Of a stretch of DNA of 64,000 bases, positions 20,489 through 31,590 are shown piece by piece; position 1 is the first letter of the stretch; every line of letters begins with the position of its first letter. The stretch spans positions 17,563 to 81,562 of the forward strand of contig CAYTGV010000007.1 of NCBI GenBank assembly GCA_964437495.1, given 5' to 3'. Both the position numbers and the translations under genes were made by a program. Source of the DNA: an uncultured Planctomycetia bacterium. Its GTDB lineage: Bacteria > Omnitrophota > Gorgyraeia > B26-G9. A model generated the notes under the pieces. The model was given only the letters and a program-made list of their open reading frames with translations. It was not told the origin of the DNA and ran no database searches.

Positions 20489-21238
20489 TTATTTAATTTT
20501 TGAAAAAATTTCTGCCACTGCATTTGTAACACAAATAGTATGTTCAAAATGCGCCGACAATTTCTTATCCATTGTTACTGCTGTCCAATCATCTTCAAGA
20601 ATAACCACTTTTGCCGTCCCAACATTAACCATCGGCTCAATCGCCAATACCATTCCTGCCTCAAGCTTAATACCCTGCCCCGGCTTTCCAAAATTCGGAA
20701 TCTGCGGCTCTTCATGCAAACTTGAACCTATCCCGTGCCCAACAAAATCCCTGACTACAGAAAACCCTTCCTTTTCCACATGCGACTGCACAGCATGGGA
20801 AATATCACTCAGGTGATTTCCCGCCCTTGCCATATTGATCCCTTTCAAAAGAGATTCACGGGTCACATCAAGCAGTTTTCTTGCTTCTTGGCTAATACTG
20901 CCCACTGGATAGGTGACTGCAGAATCACCAAAATAACCGGCAAGTTCACATCCGACATCAACACTGATTATATCTCCGTCTAACAGCATTCTTCCACCTG
21001 GTATACCATGTACCACTTCTTCATTAACAGAGGCACAAATAGTTCCCGGATAGCCGTGATATCCTTTAAAAGCCGGAATTCCTCCGTTTTTTCGGATAAA
21101 ATTCTCCGCCTGAGCATCTAGTTCTATAGTTGTTATCCCAGGTTTTATTTTAGCTTTTAAAAATTTTAATGTCTTTGCTACTATTATGTTCGCTTTTTTT
21201 AACTTCGCAAGTTCACTTTTTGTTTTTTTTAAACTCAT
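20489..21238 (-). CDS. map: Methionine aminopeptidase type I
   Basis: [33 protein letters not shown]. Confidence 0.97.
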   Translation of the reverse strand: MSLKKTKSELAKLKKANIIVAKTLKFLKAKIKPGITTIELDAQAENFIRKNGGIPAFKGYHGYPGTICASVNEEVVHGIPGGRMLLDGDIISVDVGCELAGYFGDSAVTYPVGSISQEARKLLDVTRESLLKGINMARAGNHLSDISHAVQSHVEKEGFSVVRDFVGHGIGSSLHEEPQIPNFGKPGQGIKLEAGMVLAIEPMVNVGTAKVVILEDDWTAVTMDKKLSAHFEHTICVTNAVAEIFSKIK

Positions 21239-21894
21239 TTTAAGCCAGCTTTCTTAAAGATATCTTTAAAAACACTATACAGCTCACCTACATCTAGATC
21301 TCCAGAAACTTCCTTGAGCATTTTCTTCTGATTATAATAATCTATAAGCTCGCTGGTCTGTTCATTGTAAACTTTTATTCTGTTTTTTATTGTTGCTTTT
21401 TTATCATCATCGCGCTGATAAAGCTCGCCACCGCATACATCACATATACCCTCTGTTTTAGGCGGAATATTAGTAATATGAAAGATTTGACCGCAACTAC
21501 GGCAAATTCTTCTGCCAGTAAGGCGCTTTAAAATCGTCGCTTCACTTGTTTTAAAATAAATCACTAAATCAAGAGGCATCTTTAAATCGGTCAAGGCCTG
21601 CTCCAGGATCTGGGCCTGATTCTTTGTCCGGGGAAATCCATCCAGCATAAAACCGGATGCTTTTGCATCTGCCCCTTTAAGTTTTTCTGTAATCATCCTG
21701 GCAACGATCTCATCTGAGACAAGCTCTCCTCTGTCCATGAACACCTTTGCCTGCACTCCCACATCTGTATTATTCTTTACTGCCTCACGCAACAAATCTC
21801 CTGTTGACATATGCATCAGGCTATAATTTTTAGAAAGAACTCCAGCTTGTGTCCCTTTACCTGCTCCAGGGGGTCCTAACAAAACTAATCTCAT
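21235..21894 (-). CDS. adk: Adenylate kinase (Zn-lid)
   Basis: GPPGAGKGTQ, LDGFPR, CxxC...CxxC lid. Confidence 0.98.
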   Translation of the reverse strand: MRLVLLGPPGAGKGTQAGVLSKNYSLMHMSTGDLLREAVKNNTDVGVQAKVFMDRGELVSDEIVARMITEKLKGADAKASGFMLDGFPRTKNQAQILEQALTDLKMPLDLVIYFKTSEATILKRLTGRRICRSCGQIFHITNIPPKTEGICDVCGGELYQRDDDKKATIKNRIKVYNEQTSELIDYYNQKKMLKEVSGDLDVGELYSVFKDIFKKAGLK

Positions 21895-21909
21895 ATTTTA
21901 TAATCCTCT

Positions 21910-23262
21910 TTATCTGCGTCCGCGCAAATGACCTTTTTTCATAAAACCTTCATAATGGCGCATAAGCAGATGCGATTCTATCTGGCGCATTGTATCCAGC
22001 ATAACACCCACAATAATCAATAATCCTGTTCCGCCAAAGAAACTGGCCACAATATAAGGAACCTTCAGCCAGGACATAATTAAATCCGGAAAAACAGCAA
22101 TCGCTGCTAAGGCCATGGCTCCCGGTAAAGTTATATGGGTTAAAACATAATCCAAATATTCAGCCGTTGGCTTACCGGCTCTAATGCCTGGGATAAATCC
22201 ACCATATTTTTTCATATTTTGAGCAACATCTTGAGTATTAAAAGTAACTGCCGTATAAAAATAAGCAAAAAAGATTATCAATAAACTATAAACAATCGTA
22301 TACAAAATCTGACCACGCATTAAACTCTGCGCAAAGCCTTGCAATTGAGGCACAAACTGCCCTATTGTTGCCGGAAATAATATAATCGACTGCGCAAAAA
22401 TTATCGGAATAACCCCAGCCTGGTTTACACGCAAAGGTATATAAGTACTATGGCCGCCATAAACTTTTCTGCCGACTATCCTTTTTGCATATTCAACAGG
22501 GATTCTGCGCTGCCCTTCAGTCATTAAGACGACAAAAATTACTACCAATACAAGTAATACAAGCATTATAACCGGGGTATAAGGTTCAAGCTGCCTCTTG
22601 TCCGGGCTAAACGGCGATATCAGCTGCACAACAAAACGCAATGCTGAAGGCAACCGGGATATAATGCCTACGGTTATTATAATCGACATACCATTTCCTA
22701 TGCCACGCTCTGTGATTTGCTCCCCCAGCCACATAATAAAAGCCGTTCCAGAGGTAAGAGTAATAATTGTCAGTAGCCGAAAACCTAATCCACCATGCTC
22801 AACTATCGGCAGTCCCATAAAATGTGACGGATCTTCTAAATATACACTTATAATAAAGGATTGAAATACGGCTAAGAATATTGTACCGTAACGCGTATAT
22901 TGTGTTATTTTTTTTCTGCCGTAATCCCCACCCTCTTTAGCTAGTTTTTCAAAATGCGGAATAACAACAGTCAAAAGCTGCATAATAATAGAACTTGAAA
23001 TATACGGCATAATACCCAAAGCAAACACTGTCATCTGCGACAATGCTCTACCGGTAAACAAATCCATCATGTCAAAAAGCGTTCCGCCCTGTTTACTGGA
23101 TACATTGGCGAAAAATTGAGCCAGAGCATCTCCGTTTATACCAGGTATTGGAATAAAACATCCTAGACGATAAATCGCAATCAAGCCCAATGTAAACAAA
23201 ATTCTTTGTCTCAAGTCTGGGATTTTAAAGGCATTTATCAGCGCCTTAATGGTTCTAAGCAT
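21910..23262 (-). CDS. secY: Preprotein translocase SecY
   Basis: LGIMPYISSSII, GIGNG, AGVIPIIFA, FIPGIR, GGTGLLI. Confidence 0.98.
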   Translation of the reverse strand: MLRTIKALINAFKIPDLRQRILFTLGLIAIYRLGCFIPIPGINGDALAQFFANVSSKQGGTLFDMMDLFTGRALSQMTVFALGIMPYISSSIIMQLLTVVIPHFEKLAKEGGDYGRKKITQYTRYGTIFLAVFQSFIISVYLEDPSHFMGLPIVEHGGLGFRLLTIITLTSGTAFIMWLGEQITERGIGNGMSIIITVGIISRLPSALRFVVQLISPFSPDKRQLEPYTPVIMLVLLVLVVIFVVLMTEGQRRIPVEYAKRIVGRKVYGGHSTYIPLRVNQAGVIPIIFAQSIILFPATIGQFVPQLQGFAQSLMRGQILYTIVYSLLIIFFAYFYTAVTFNTQDVAQNMKKYGGFIPGIRAGKPTAEYLDYVLTHITLPGAMALAAIAVFPDLIMSWLKVPYIVASFFGGTGLLIIVGVMLDTMRQIESHLLMRHYEGFMKKGHLRGRR

Positions 23263-23734
23263 TGCTATCCTGTTTCGTTACCAAAGTCAAGATTTCCACC
23301 TTGCCGTCTAGGGCCTCTATGGCCTTAACAGCCGTCTTAGAAAACTTGTGCGCCTTAACTGTTAGAGACTTTTCCAGTTTTCCCTGAGCCAAAATTTTAA
23401 CAGCCACATGTAATTTATGAATAAGGCCTAATTCCTTTAAAATCTTTGGGGTAACCGTTGTCTTGTCTTTACATTTATTCAAAGAATCCAGATTTACAAG
23501 CTGGTATTCGGTTTTAAATTTACTGATAAATCCTCTTTTAGGTATTCTTCTGATCAAAGGCATCTGTCCGCCTTCAAAACCAGGACGCTTTCCTTTTCCT
23601 GTTCTTGATAACTGCCCCTTATGACCGCGTCCGGAAGTTTTTCCATGCCCGGAGCCAGAACCACGCCCAACAATCTTTTTACTTTTTTTAGCTCCTTTGG
23701 GAGATTTCAAATCATTCAGCTTTAACATCTTCAC
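23255..23734 (-). CDS. rplO: 50S ribosomal protein L15
   Basis: [26 protein letters not shown]. Confidence 0.97.
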   Translation of the reverse strand: MKMLKLNDLKSPKGAKKSKKIVGRGSGSGHGKTSGRGHKGQLSRTGKGKRPGFEGGQMPLIRRIPKRGFISKFKTEYQLVNLDSLNKCKDKTTVTPKILKELGLIHKLHVAVKILAQGKLEKSLTVKAHKFSKTAVKAIEALDGKVEILTLVTKQDSNA

Positions 23735-24281
23735 TCTTTTCCTCTTTTACGTCGCTTGTTTCCGCTACTTTTTCCTTTGCTTTATCACCTTGCAGCCCTT
23801 GTTCTAGCTCCAGCTTTAAATCAACATGTTCCTTTAAATCGATAAGTCCCTGCATGGTCGCCTTTGCGATATTTATAACATTTGAAGACCGCAATGATTT
23901 AGTCAAAATATCCTTAATTCCAGCAAGTTCACAAATCGCCCTTACAGAGCTTCCAGCAATAACCCCAGTACCTTCAGATGCAGGTTTAAGCATTACACGT
24001 GCTGCTGAAAATTTTCCCAAAATTTCATGCGGAATCGTTGTACCCTTAAGCGGTACATCAATAAGGTTTTTACGTGCTGTGGTTACGCCCTTACGAATAG
24101 CTTCTGCCACTTCATTTGCCCGGCCCAGGCCGCAACCTACTCGGCTTTTTCCGTCACCAGCAATTACCAAAGCAGTAAAAGCCATTTTCTTTCCGCCTTT
24201 ATGCGCCTTGGAAACACGATTTATTGCGATAACCTTTTCTACTATTTCTACAGAATCGTTAAAATTTGATCGTCCGTTCAA
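23712..24281 (-). CDS. rpsE: 30S ribosomal protein S5
   Basis: [20 protein letters not shown]; TTG start; charged C-terminal tail. Confidence 0.97.
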   Translation of the reverse strand: MNGRSNFNDSVEIVEKVIAINRVSKAHKGGKKMAFTALVIAGDGKSRVGCGLGRANEVAEAIRKGVTTARKNLIDVPLKGTTIPHEILGKFSAARVMLKPASEGTGVIAGSSVRAICELAGIKDILTKSLRSSNVINIAKATMQGLIDLKEHVDLKLELEQGLQGDKAKEKVAETSDVKEEKSEDVKAE

Positions 24282-24302
24282 TTTCTCACCTTAATCCTTA
24301 TT

Positions 24303-24650
24303 TTAAAACTTTAATCCGCCTTTTCGAGCTGCTTCCGCAACAGCCTTAATTCTGCCATGATAAAGATATCCACCGCGATCAAAAACTACGCTTTCTATAC
24401 CCTTATCTTTTGCATTTTTAGCGATTTGCTCACCTAGCAATGCAGCAGCGCTTATATTGTTCCCCTTAATCTTATCCTTTAAATCCTTCTGCTGCGTCGA
24501 ACAAGTCATAATAGTCGTATTCGTATCATCATCAATAATCTGCGCATAAATATTTTTCAAGCTTCTGTAAACACTTAAGCGCGGCCTGTCTTTTGTCCCT
24601 GCTATTTTTTTTCTAATTCTTCTATGTCTTTTAACTCTTGCTAGCTTCAT
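24303..24650 (-). CDS. rplR: 50S ribosomal protein L18
   Basis: [20 protein letters not shown]. Confidence 0.97.
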   Translation of the reverse strand: MKLARVKRHRRIRKKIAGTKDRPRLSVYRSLKNIYAQIIDDDTNTTIMTCSTQQKDLKDKIKGNNISAAALLGEQIAKNAKDKGIESVVFDRGGYLYHGRIKAVAEAARKGGLKF

Positions 24651-24705
24651 TATATTTACACCTTTAGATTGTTTTACTTTTAATTTTTTACTTTTAACTT
24701 TTTAC

Positions 24706-25245
24706 TTACTTAGCCATTGCTTTTCCAGCTTTTCTTCTCACCTGTTCTCCTGCATAGCGAATACCCTTGCCTTTATACGGCTCCGGAGGTAGAAATGCCC
24801 TAATATTTGCGGCAGCCTGTCCAACTTTTTGTTTATCAATACCTTTAATGACAATCTGTGTCGGCTTCGGAGTTTCCAGCGTTACCCCCTCCGGCACGAT
24901 ATATTCAACCGGATGAGAAAAACCAAGCTGCATCACTAATTTCTTTCCGGAAAGCTGTGAACGGTAACCAACCCCGATCATTTCAAGCTCTTTAGTAAAT
25001 CCATCACTGACACCCTTGATCATATTTGCGATCATTGCTCTGGTCAATCCATGCAAAGCACGCTCATGCTTTGTATTGCCGACCCTGGAAACTTTTATTT
25101 TACTATCCGCCACCTCTACTTTAATACGCGCATATAATGGAAATTGCAGTTTCCCCTTAGGGCCTTCTATTCCCACGCTATCTTTCGTCAAATTTACCTT
25201 GACACTAGGAGGAACTAATACTGGTCTTATACCTATTCTTGACAT
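24706..25245 (-). CDS. rplF: 50S ribosomal protein L6
   Basis: MSRIG, GVGYR, LGFSH, PEPYKGKGIRY. Confidence 0.98.
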   Translation of the reverse strand: MSRIGIRPVLVPPSVKVNLTKDSVGIEGPKGKLQFPLYARIKVEVADSKIKVSRVGNTKHERALHGLTRAMIANMIKGVSDGFTKELEMIGVGYRSQLSGKKLVMQLGFSHPVEYIVPEGVTLETPKPTQIVIKGIDKQKVGQAAANIRAFLPPEPYKGKGIRYAGEQVRRKAGKAMAK

Positions 25246-25310
25246 TTTATACACCTGCTCACTAATTTTAAAAACTCTTAAGTTAACAATTCAAACTAAT
25301 TAATATAAAA

Positions 25311-25709
25311 TCACCAAACATAACAAATTATCTCGCCACCTATCTTCTTCTGTCGAGCTTCATTATCATCTAATATCCCTTTAGAGGTGGAAAGCACTGC
25401 AAATCCGGTACCGCCTAATACATGCGGAATATTCTCTTTATCAACATAAACACGGCGTCCTGGTTTTGAGATGCGCTTTATGCCAGTTATAACGCCTTTT
25501 TTGTTCTTAGCATATCTTAAATATGTACGGATAATGCCCTGCCTGCCATCTTCGATACGGCGATACTCTAACAGATATCCATGCTTCTTGATTATCTCTA
25601 AGATCTCTACCTTTATCTTTGATGCCGGAAAATCAGCTTTTTCTTTTTTCGCGCCCTGAGCGTTACGAATCACCGTCAACATATCAGCAATAGGGTCAGT
25701 AATACTCAT
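25311..25709 (-). CDS. rpsH: 30S ribosomal protein S8
   Basis: DPIADMLT.IRN, ISKPGRRVY, STSKG, GGE. Confidence 0.98.
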   Translation of the reverse strand: MSITDPIADMLTVIRNAQGAKKEKADFPASKIKVEILEIIKKHGYLLEYRRIEDGRQGIIRTYLRYAKNKKGVITGIKRISKPGRRVYVDKENIPHVLGGTGFAVLSTSKGILDDNEARQKKIGGEIICYVW

Positions 25710-25754
25710 AAATTTCTCCTGTAAATTATATTCTTATTTTATTTTTCAATTTTA

Positions 25755-25829
25755 CCCGCCGAGACCTTACACTGAAGTTGCCCGCGGCGAGTCCTCGCCA
25801 TTGCCCCTTTCTTGGGGCCTTTTGGCGGG
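25755..25829. repeat. Branched GC-rich hairpin element in the rpsN-rpsH spacer
   Basis: CCCGCC/GGCGGG closing stem with internal GGCGAG/CTCGCC and GCCCC/GGGGC hairpins. Confidence 0.6.
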
Positions 25830-26015
25830 CTACCAGCTTGCTTTATTTACACCCGGGATTAAGCCCTGTGAGGCCATTTCCCTGAAGCAGATTCTGCAAA
25901 GCTCAAAACGTCTCATGAAACCACGCGAGCGACCACATATTTTACAGCGTACATATTTGCGCGTTCTAAATTTTTGCGGTCTGCTAGCCCTAACGATCTG
26001 ACTCATTTTTGCCAT
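25830..26015 (-). CDS. rpsN: 30S ribosomal protein S14 type Z
   Basis: 61 aa, RCKICGR, CRICFRE, GLIPG. Confidence 0.97.
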   Translation of the reverse strand: MAKMSQIVRASRPQKFRTRKYVRCKICGRSRGFMRRFELCRICFREMASQGLIPGVNKASW

Positions 26016-26021
26016 AATGCA

Positions 26022-26564
26022 TTAACTCCGAAAAGGCATGCCTAAAAGACGAAGCATCTCTTTTGACTGTTCTTTGTTTTTTGATTTAATCACAATAACT
26101 ATATCCATCCCCTGGACATGTTTAACTTTATCAATGTCTATTTCCGGAAAAATCGCCTGCTCAGTAATTCCTAATGTATAATTACCCTGCTTATCAAACG
26201 CGCTTGGCGATACGCCGCGAAAATCCCTAATACGAGGTAAACTGACATTTACCAGGCGATCAAGAAAATCATACATTTTAGTTTTACGCAGAGTAACCTT
26301 ACATCCAACCGGAACACCTTTTCTAAGCTTAAAATTAGCAACCGCTTTTTTTGCACGGGTAATCACCGGCTTTTGTCCGGTTATCGTTGCCAAATCCGCC
26401 ATTGCCGACTCAAGAATCTTTATGTCTTCCTGCGCCTTACCCACACCCATATTAATCACTATCTTATCTATGCGCGGTGCTTCCATTTTTCCCTTGAACT
26501 TAAACTGCTCAACCAATTTAGGGATTACATCATTTTCATATTTTTCTTTTATTCTTGTTGACAT
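26022..26564 (-). CDS. rplE: 50S ribosomal protein L5
   Basis: [23 protein letters not shown]. Confidence 0.98.
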   Translation of the reverse strand: MSTRIKEKYENDVIPKLVEQFKFKGKMEAPRIDKIVINMGVGKAQEDIKILESAMADLATITGQKPVITRAKKAVANFKLRKGVPVGCKVTLRKTKMYDFLDRLVNVSLPRIRDFRGVSPSAFDKQGNYTLGITEQAIFPEIDIDKVKHVQGMDIVIVIKSKNKEQSKEMLRLLGMPFRS

Positions 26565-26566
26565 GT

Positions 26567-26875
26567 TTACACCATCTCTTGACATTTTTTACAAATTCTA
26601 GTTTTAGATCCATCCTTTAAAAACTTTGCCCCTAAGCGCGAATGTTTTGAACACCTTGGACATTGGAACATAAGATTTGAAATATGCAGCGGACTCTCCT
26701 TTTGCAGAATTCCGCCCGGCTGATCCTGTCTTGTCTGACGAGCATGTTTTTTTACAAAATTTACCCCCTGAACAAGAACCCTATTAGTAGTTTTTGAAAA
26801 ACGTAGAACCTTGCCTGTCTTGCCTTTTTCTTTTCCGTTCATTACGTAAACTGTATCACCTTTTTTTATTCTCAT
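26567..26875 (-). CDS. rplX: 50S ribosomal protein L24
   Basis: IKKGD.V, GKEKGK.G, HISN. Confidence 0.97.
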   Translation of the reverse strand: MRIKKGDTVYVMNGKEKGKTGKVLRFSKTTNRVLVQGVNFVKKHARQTRQDQPGGILQKESPLHISNLMFQCPRCSKHSRLGAKFLKDGSKTRICKKCQEMV

Positions 26876-26901
26876 CTTAAATTCTTCTCTTTTTTTTGTT
26901 A

Positions 26902-27270
26902 TTAAATTACTTCCGGAGCCAGCGATACTATTTTGGTAAAATTCCTATCTCTGAGTTCCCTGGCCACCGGTCCGAAAATTCGGGTCCCACGCGGATTTTT
27001 TTGATTATCTATGATCACAACCGCATTATGATCAAACCGCAGATAACTGCCGTCTTTGCGCCTTATCGGCGTTTTAGTTCTAACGACAACTGCCCTGACA
27101 ACCTCGCCCTTTTTTACAGCAGATGTCGGTATAGACTCTCTTACGTTGCAGGTAATAATATCTCCAATAATCGCGCAATTCTTACCTGATTTTGCAATTA
27201 CCCCGATACATCTCACCTTTTTCGCGCCGCTGTTATCAGCAACATCTAAAACTGTTAACATTTGTATCAT
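26902..27270 (-). CDS. rplN: 50S ribosomal protein L14
   Basis: [20 protein letters not shown]. Confidence 0.98.
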   Translation of the reverse strand: MIQMLTVLDVADNSGAKKVRCIGVIAKSGKNCAIIGDIITCNVRESIPTSAVKKGEVVRAVVVRTKTPIRRKDGSYLRFDHNAVVIIDNQKNPRGTRIFGPVARELRDRNFTKIVSLAPEVI

Positions 27271-27277
27271 TATTCAA

Positions 27278-27541
27278 CTACTCCTTATGCACTGCAACGA
27301 TCTCAAAAAGTCTCCAGCGCTTATCTTTTGATAGCGGCCGAGTCTCCGTGATCTTTACTTTATCACCCTGTTTAGACTCATTCTTTTCGTCATGAAACTT
27401 AACATTGACATATTTTTTAATTCTTTTCTTGTATATCGGATGCTGCATGAAGCGTTCAATTCGAGCAACGCGGGTCTTGTCCATTTTGTCACCCACAACA
27501 AGTCCTACTCTCTGCTTTTGCGCTCCCTTTATCTTGCTCAT
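27278..27541 (-). CDS. rpsQ: 30S ribosomal protein S17
   Basis: KMDKT, HPIYKK, ETRPLSK. Confidence 0.97.
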   Translation of the reverse strand: MSKIKGAQKQRVGLVVGDKMDKTRVARIERFMQHPIYKKRIKKYVNVKFHDEKNESKQGDKVKITETRPLSKDKRWRLFEIVAVHKE

Positions 27542-27564
27542 TAGTAATTTCCTCTCGCTTTTAA

Positions 27565-27774
27565 TTATTTGGTTTGTTCTTTAATCTGGAGCTGTTTTAA
27601 AAATGTTTTAATGCGCGCAATATCCCTGCGCACAAGCTTAATCTTATGCGGCTTATCCAGCTTAGATGTTTTTGACTGGAATTTCAAACGAAATAATTCT
27701 TCCTCAAGCTGCCTAAGCTTATCATCCAGCTCAGGTTTTGCATACTCTTTAAATTCTTTAGATTTCATTGCCAT
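27565..27774 (-). CDS. rpmC: 50S ribosomal protein L29
   Basis: ELFRLKFQ, VRRDIARIKT. Confidence 0.95.
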   Translation of the reverse strand: MAMKSKEFKEYAKPELDDKLRQLEEELFRLKFQSKTSKLDKPHKIKLVRRDIARIKTFLKQLQIKEQTK

Positions 27775-27791
27775 GATCTCTCTCTTATGTT

Positions 27792-28208
27792 TTATATCTT
27801 TACTCTGCTTACAAATTTAGTTTTCATCGGCAGCTTTGAAGCTGCAAGACGCATTGCCGCTTTAGCTACATCAATCGGAATACCTTCTATTTCAAAAATT
27901 ATTCTTCCCGGCTTAACAACGGCAACCCAGTATTCCGGCATGCCTTTACCTTTTCCCATTCTTGTTTCTGCCGGCTTTTTTGTTACTGGCTTATCTGGGA
28001 AAATTCGAATCCAAATTTTACCACCTCTACGCACAGATCTTGTCAATGCCACACGCGAAGCTTCCAACTGTGTGTTCTTCACCCATGCCGCTTCTATGCA
28101 CTGCAATCCAAATTCACCGAAACTAACCTTTGAACCGCCATTAGAGTTGCCTTTCCTACGGCCACGATGTGTTTTGCGAAATTTTACTCTTTTGGGCATT
28201 AAAACCAT
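27792..28208 (-). CDS. rplP: 50S ribosomal protein L16
   Basis: [23 protein letters not shown]. Confidence 0.98.
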   Translation of the reverse strand: MVLMPKRVKFRKTHRGRRKGNSNGGSKVSFGEFGLQCIEAAWVKNTQLEASRVALTRSVRRGGKIWIRIFPDKPVTKKPAETRMGKGKGMPEYWVAVVKPGRIIFEIEGIPIDVAKAAMRLAASKLPMKTKFVSRVKI

Positions 28209-28888
28209 TACTGCTTATCTCCTTCATCCACAGCATTATTTCCAGGCTGTGTCTTTTTATCTAAAATAACATCACCTGTATAAATCCAGCATTTCACGCC
28301 AATAACTCCATATGTTGTTAACGCTTCCGCAAAACCGTAATCAATATTCGCTCTTAAGGTATGCAGCGGGACTTTTCCCTCTTTATATTTCTCAGTACGG
28401 GCAATTTCAGCACCGCCTAATCTCCCTGAACACATTATTTTTATTCCGCCCGCCCCTGCACTACGAGACAATGAAATCGCCTTTTTCATTGCTCTTCTAA
28501 AAGCAACGCGCTTTTCCAGCTGAAAAGCTACGTTTTCAGCAACCAACTGCGCGTCAATATTCGGATTCTGAATTTCTTTTATATCAACGAAGATTTCCTT
28601 TTTCGTCATATTTTGCAGTTCATCACGCAGACGGTCAATATCTGCACCGCGCCTTCCGATAATAACTCCCGGCCTGCCGGAAAATACAATCACCCGCAAT
28701 CTTTTTGTCGCACGCTCTATCTCTACCTTAGATATATTAGCTTGAGAAAAATTCTTCTTTATGAATTTCCTGATCTTCAGATCTTCAAGAAGATTCTTCG
28801 GATACTCTTTTCTCTTGGCAAACCAACGAGATCTCCAATCTTTAATATATCCTAATCTAAAACTTAACGGGTGTACTTTTTGTCCCAC
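28208..28888 (-). CDS. rpsC: 30S ribosomal protein S3
   Basis: [25 protein letters not shown]. Confidence 0.98.
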   Translation of the reverse strand: MGQKVHPLSFRLGYIKDWRSRWFAKRKEYPKNLLEDLKIRKFIKKNFSQANISKVEIERATKRLRVIVFSGRPGVIIGRRGADIDRLRDELQNMTKKEIFVDIKEIQNPNIDAQLVAENVAFQLEKRVAFRRAMKKAISLSRSAGAGGIKIMCSGRLGGAEIARTEKYKEGKVPLHTLRANIDYGFAEALTTYGVIGVKCWIYTGDVILDKKTQPGNNAVDEGDKQ

Positions 28889-28912
28889 TTTTCCTCCTCG
28901 TATACAACGAAT

Positions 28913-29371
28913 TTACTTAATATCTTTTGCTTTTTTCGCAGTCTTTTTTACAACCGGCTTACTGTCTTTCTTTACTTTTACCAGTTTTTCTGTTTTAATT
29001 GTAGCTTTTTTTGCCAATGCCTTAACCTCTTTAAGCGCAACTGCCTTTTTATCAAGTTCAATAGTAATATGACTTGTGCGCTTTAATATCCTGGAACCAC
29101 GACCAAACGCATTAGCTCGAAACCGTTTCCAGGTAACTCCCTCATCAGCACAGATTTTAGAGATGAATAATCCGTCCTCTTCAACCCCTTTATTCCTGGC
29201 ATTAGCAATCGCAGAACGAAGCAATTTAGAAACCAGCTCCGCTGCTCTTTTGCGCGTATTGCCTAAAATAGATAAAGCTGTGTTCGCTGGCTTTCTTCTA
29301 ATTAAATCCAAAACCAATCTTACTTTTTGCGCTGAAATTCTGATATGTCGTGCTTTTGCTTTTGCTAGCAT
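28913..29371 (-). CDS. rplV: 50S ribosomal protein L22 with Lys-rich tail
   Basis: [23 protein letters not shown]; ATG 29371 follows RBS AGGAG. Confidence 0.96.
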   Translation of the reverse strand: MLAKAKARHIRISAQKVRLVLDLIRRKPANTALSILGNTRKRAAELVSKLLRSAIANARNKGVEEDGLFISKICADEGVTWKRFRANAFGRGSRILKRTSHITIELDKKAVALKEVKALAKKATIKTEKLVKVKKDSKPVVKKTAKKAKDIK

Positions 29372-29392
29372 TGCTTCTCCTCTTATAAATAA

Positions 29393-29432
29393 TCTGCGCT
29401 CATCTGTGTTGTTTTCTGCGCTCATCTGTGTT
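29393..29432. repeat. 18-bp direct repeat in the rpsS-rplV spacer
   Basis: TCTGCGCTCATCTGTGTT at 29393-29410 and 29415-29432. Confidence 0.8.
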
Positions 29433-29434
29433 TA

Positions 29435-29722
29435 TTATTTCTTTTGTTCCGTCTGCTTTGCCTTTACACCGCTATGCCTACGGAAAAGTCTTGTCGGAGA
29501 AAATTCACCAAGTTTATGCCCTACCATATTTTCAGTCACAAATACAGGCAAAAACGACTTGCCATTGTGCACTGAGAAAGTATACCCGACAAAATCAGGG
29601 GTAATCGTTGAGCGCCTAGACCAAGTCTTTATAGGCTTGCGGTCATGACTCTTAGACATTTTCTCTACTTTTTTCAGTAATTTTGGATCAATGTATGGAC
29701 CCTTTTTTATTGAACGCGCCAT
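29435..29722 (-). CDS. rpsS: 30S ribosomal protein S19
   Basis: RSIKKGP, KTWSRRS, GHKLGEF. Confidence 0.98.
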   Translation of the reverse strand: MARSIKKGPYIDPKLLKKVEKMSKSHDRKPIKTWSRRSTITPDFVGYTFSVHNGKSFLPVFVTENMVGHKLGEFSPTRLFRRHSGVKAKQTEQKK

Positions 29723-29748
29723 ATGATTTTACTCTCCTACTAATTTAC

Positions 29749-30594
29749 CTATTTTGAACGACGCTTACTTACGCGACGTTTTACAATAAATTTATTTGAG
29801 GCCTTTTTACCTTTTCTTGTTCTATACCCCTTTGTCGGCTTACCCCATGGGGTAACAGGATGCGGGTTGCCCTGACCAGCCTTACCTTCTCCGCCGCCAT
29901 GAGGATGGTCAACCGGATTTTTGGCTACACCTCTTACATTAGGCTTTCTTCCCAGCCAGCGTGATCTGCCGGCCTTACCCAAAGAAATCTTCTCATGGTC
30001 AGGATTGCCAACCTGCCCAATAACTGCATAACATGCGATCGGCACAAGTCTTATCTCACCCGAAGGCATTTTAACATGCGCAAACTTACCTTCTTTTGCC
30101 ATAAGCTGTGCGGCAGTACCAGCACTTCTTGCTAATATTCCGCCCCGTCCCGGCATAAGTTCAACATTATGAATAAATATACCAAGCGGTAAATTTTTAA
30201 TCGGCAATGCATTGCCGGGTTTTATTTCCACATGCTCCCCGGACATTACCTCATCATTCACCTTAATATCATTAGGCGCAATAATATATCTTTTCTCCCC
30301 ATCTGTATACTGCACAAGCGCGATGCGGCATGAACGATTCGGATCATATTCAATCGACAACACTGTAGCAGCCACATCATACTTATTACGCTTAAAATCA
30401 ATAATACGATAACGCCTTTTATGTCCGCCCCCGCGATTACGGCAGGTTATTCTACCCTGTGAATTTCTCCCCCCGCTTTTTTTCAAAGCAACCGTTAAAG
30501 ACTTTTCCGGCTTACTCTTTGTAATCTCCGCAAAATCAGATCCCGTGCGCCAGCGTAAAGATGGGGTTGTTGGTTTATAACGTTTAATGCCCAC
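29749..30594 (-). CDS. rplB: 50S ribosomal protein L2
   Basis: [24 protein letters not shown]. Confidence 0.98.
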   Translation of the reverse strand: MGIKRYKPTTPSLRWRTGSDFAEITKSKPEKSLTVALKKSGGRNSQGRITCRNRGGGHKRRYRIIDFKRNKYDVAATVLSIEYDPNRSCRIALVQYTDGEKRYIIAPNDIKVNDEVMSGEHVEIKPGNALPIKNLPLGIFIHNVELMPGRGGILARSAGTAAQLMAKEGKFAHVKMPSGEIRLVPIACYAVIGQVGNPDHEKISLGKAGRSRWLGRKPNVRGVAKNPVDHPHGGGEGKAGQGNPHPVTPWGKPTKGYRTRKGKKASNKFIVKRRVSKRRSK

Positions 30595-30671
30595 TGTTGA
30601 TTCTCCTTAAAGACCCCCAATATTTTCGGGGTAAGTTGATCTCAAGCCATTTAGGGCAAGAGATCTTATTT

Positions 30672-30950
30672 TTAAGCTATATTAATCTTTTCACCCTTTA
30701 GCAGCGTTACAACCGCTTTTTTCCATTCCGGAGTTTTCCCTGTTTTATAACGAACTTTTCGTTTTTTGCCCGGCATGGTAGAGGTATTTATATTTTTTAC
30801 TTTCACGCGATAAATAAATTCAACAGCATCTTTAATCTGAATTTTATTTGCCTTTTTTTCAACACAAAAAATATATTTATTCTGTGTTTCCAGTTCAGTG
30901 CCTTTTTCTGTACGCAATACATATTTAATTACTCTAAATGGATTTTGCAC
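30672..30950 (-). CDS. rplW: 50S ribosomal protein L23
   Basis: TEK, ANKIQIK, WKKAVVTL. Confidence 0.97.
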   Translation of the reverse strand: MQNPFRVIKYVLRTEKGTELETQNKYIFCVEKKANKIQIKDAVEFIYRVKVKNINTSTMPGKKRKVRYKTGKTPEWKKAVVTLLKGEKINIA

Positions 30951-30956
30951 TGCTAT

Positions 30957-31589
30957 TTATTCTCCCTTTTGCAAACGAGCTGTCAACTCGCCAAGTGCCT
31001 TCTTGGTGATTATAATATTTTTATGTAATAAAACGTCAAGCGCGTTGATCATCTCCGGACGCTTTAATCTAATATCTTTAATGTTTTTTGATGAACGCAT
31101 TAAGCTTGCCTGCGGATTATCACAGACAAAAAGTGTTTTTTTATCCAAGCTAAATACCTGGATTAATTTACAAAAATCCTTTGTTTTTCCTGAATCTACC
31201 TTCAACTCTTCGAGTACCTTAACAAGATTATCATTAAGCCTGGAATTCAAGCTGCAAATCAATGCCTTTTTCTTCATTTTCTTAGGCAGCTGATAAGAAT
31301 AATCGCGTGGATGCGGCCCAAAAACAATACCGCCTTTTTTCCAAAGAGGACTGCGAGATGATCCTATTCGCGCCTTACCGGTTCCCTTTTGACGCCACGG
31401 CTTTGAATTTCCTCCGCTTACATTAGCACGTGTCTTTGTACTGGCTGTACCCTGGCGTTTGTTAGCCATGTACATAACAGTTGTCTGGTGCAGCAATGCC
31501 TTGTTGACCTTACCATCAAAAACCTTTTCATCGAGATCAACCGTTCCGACCTCTTTGCCAGCTAAATTATTTATTGAAAGTGTAAACAT
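30957..31589 (-). CDS. rplD: 50S ribosomal protein L4
   Basis: RQGTASTKTR, KPWRQKGTG; start moved to ATG 31589. Confidence 0.97.
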   Translation of the reverse strand: MFTLSINNLAGKEVGTVDLDEKVFDGKVNKALLHQTTVMYMANKRQGTASTKTRANVSGGNSKPWRQKGTGKARIGSSRSPLWKKGGIVFGPHPRDYSYQLPKKMKKKALICSLNSRLNDNLVKVLEELKVDSGKTKDFCKLIQVFSLDKKTLFVCDNPQASLMRSSKNIKDIRLKRPEMINALDVLLHKNIIITKKALGELTARLQKGE

Positions 31590-31590
31590 T

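Noticed and set aside
29393-29432. CRISPR mini-array
   Set aside because: Only two 18-bp units with a 4-bp gap, and no cas genes in the window.
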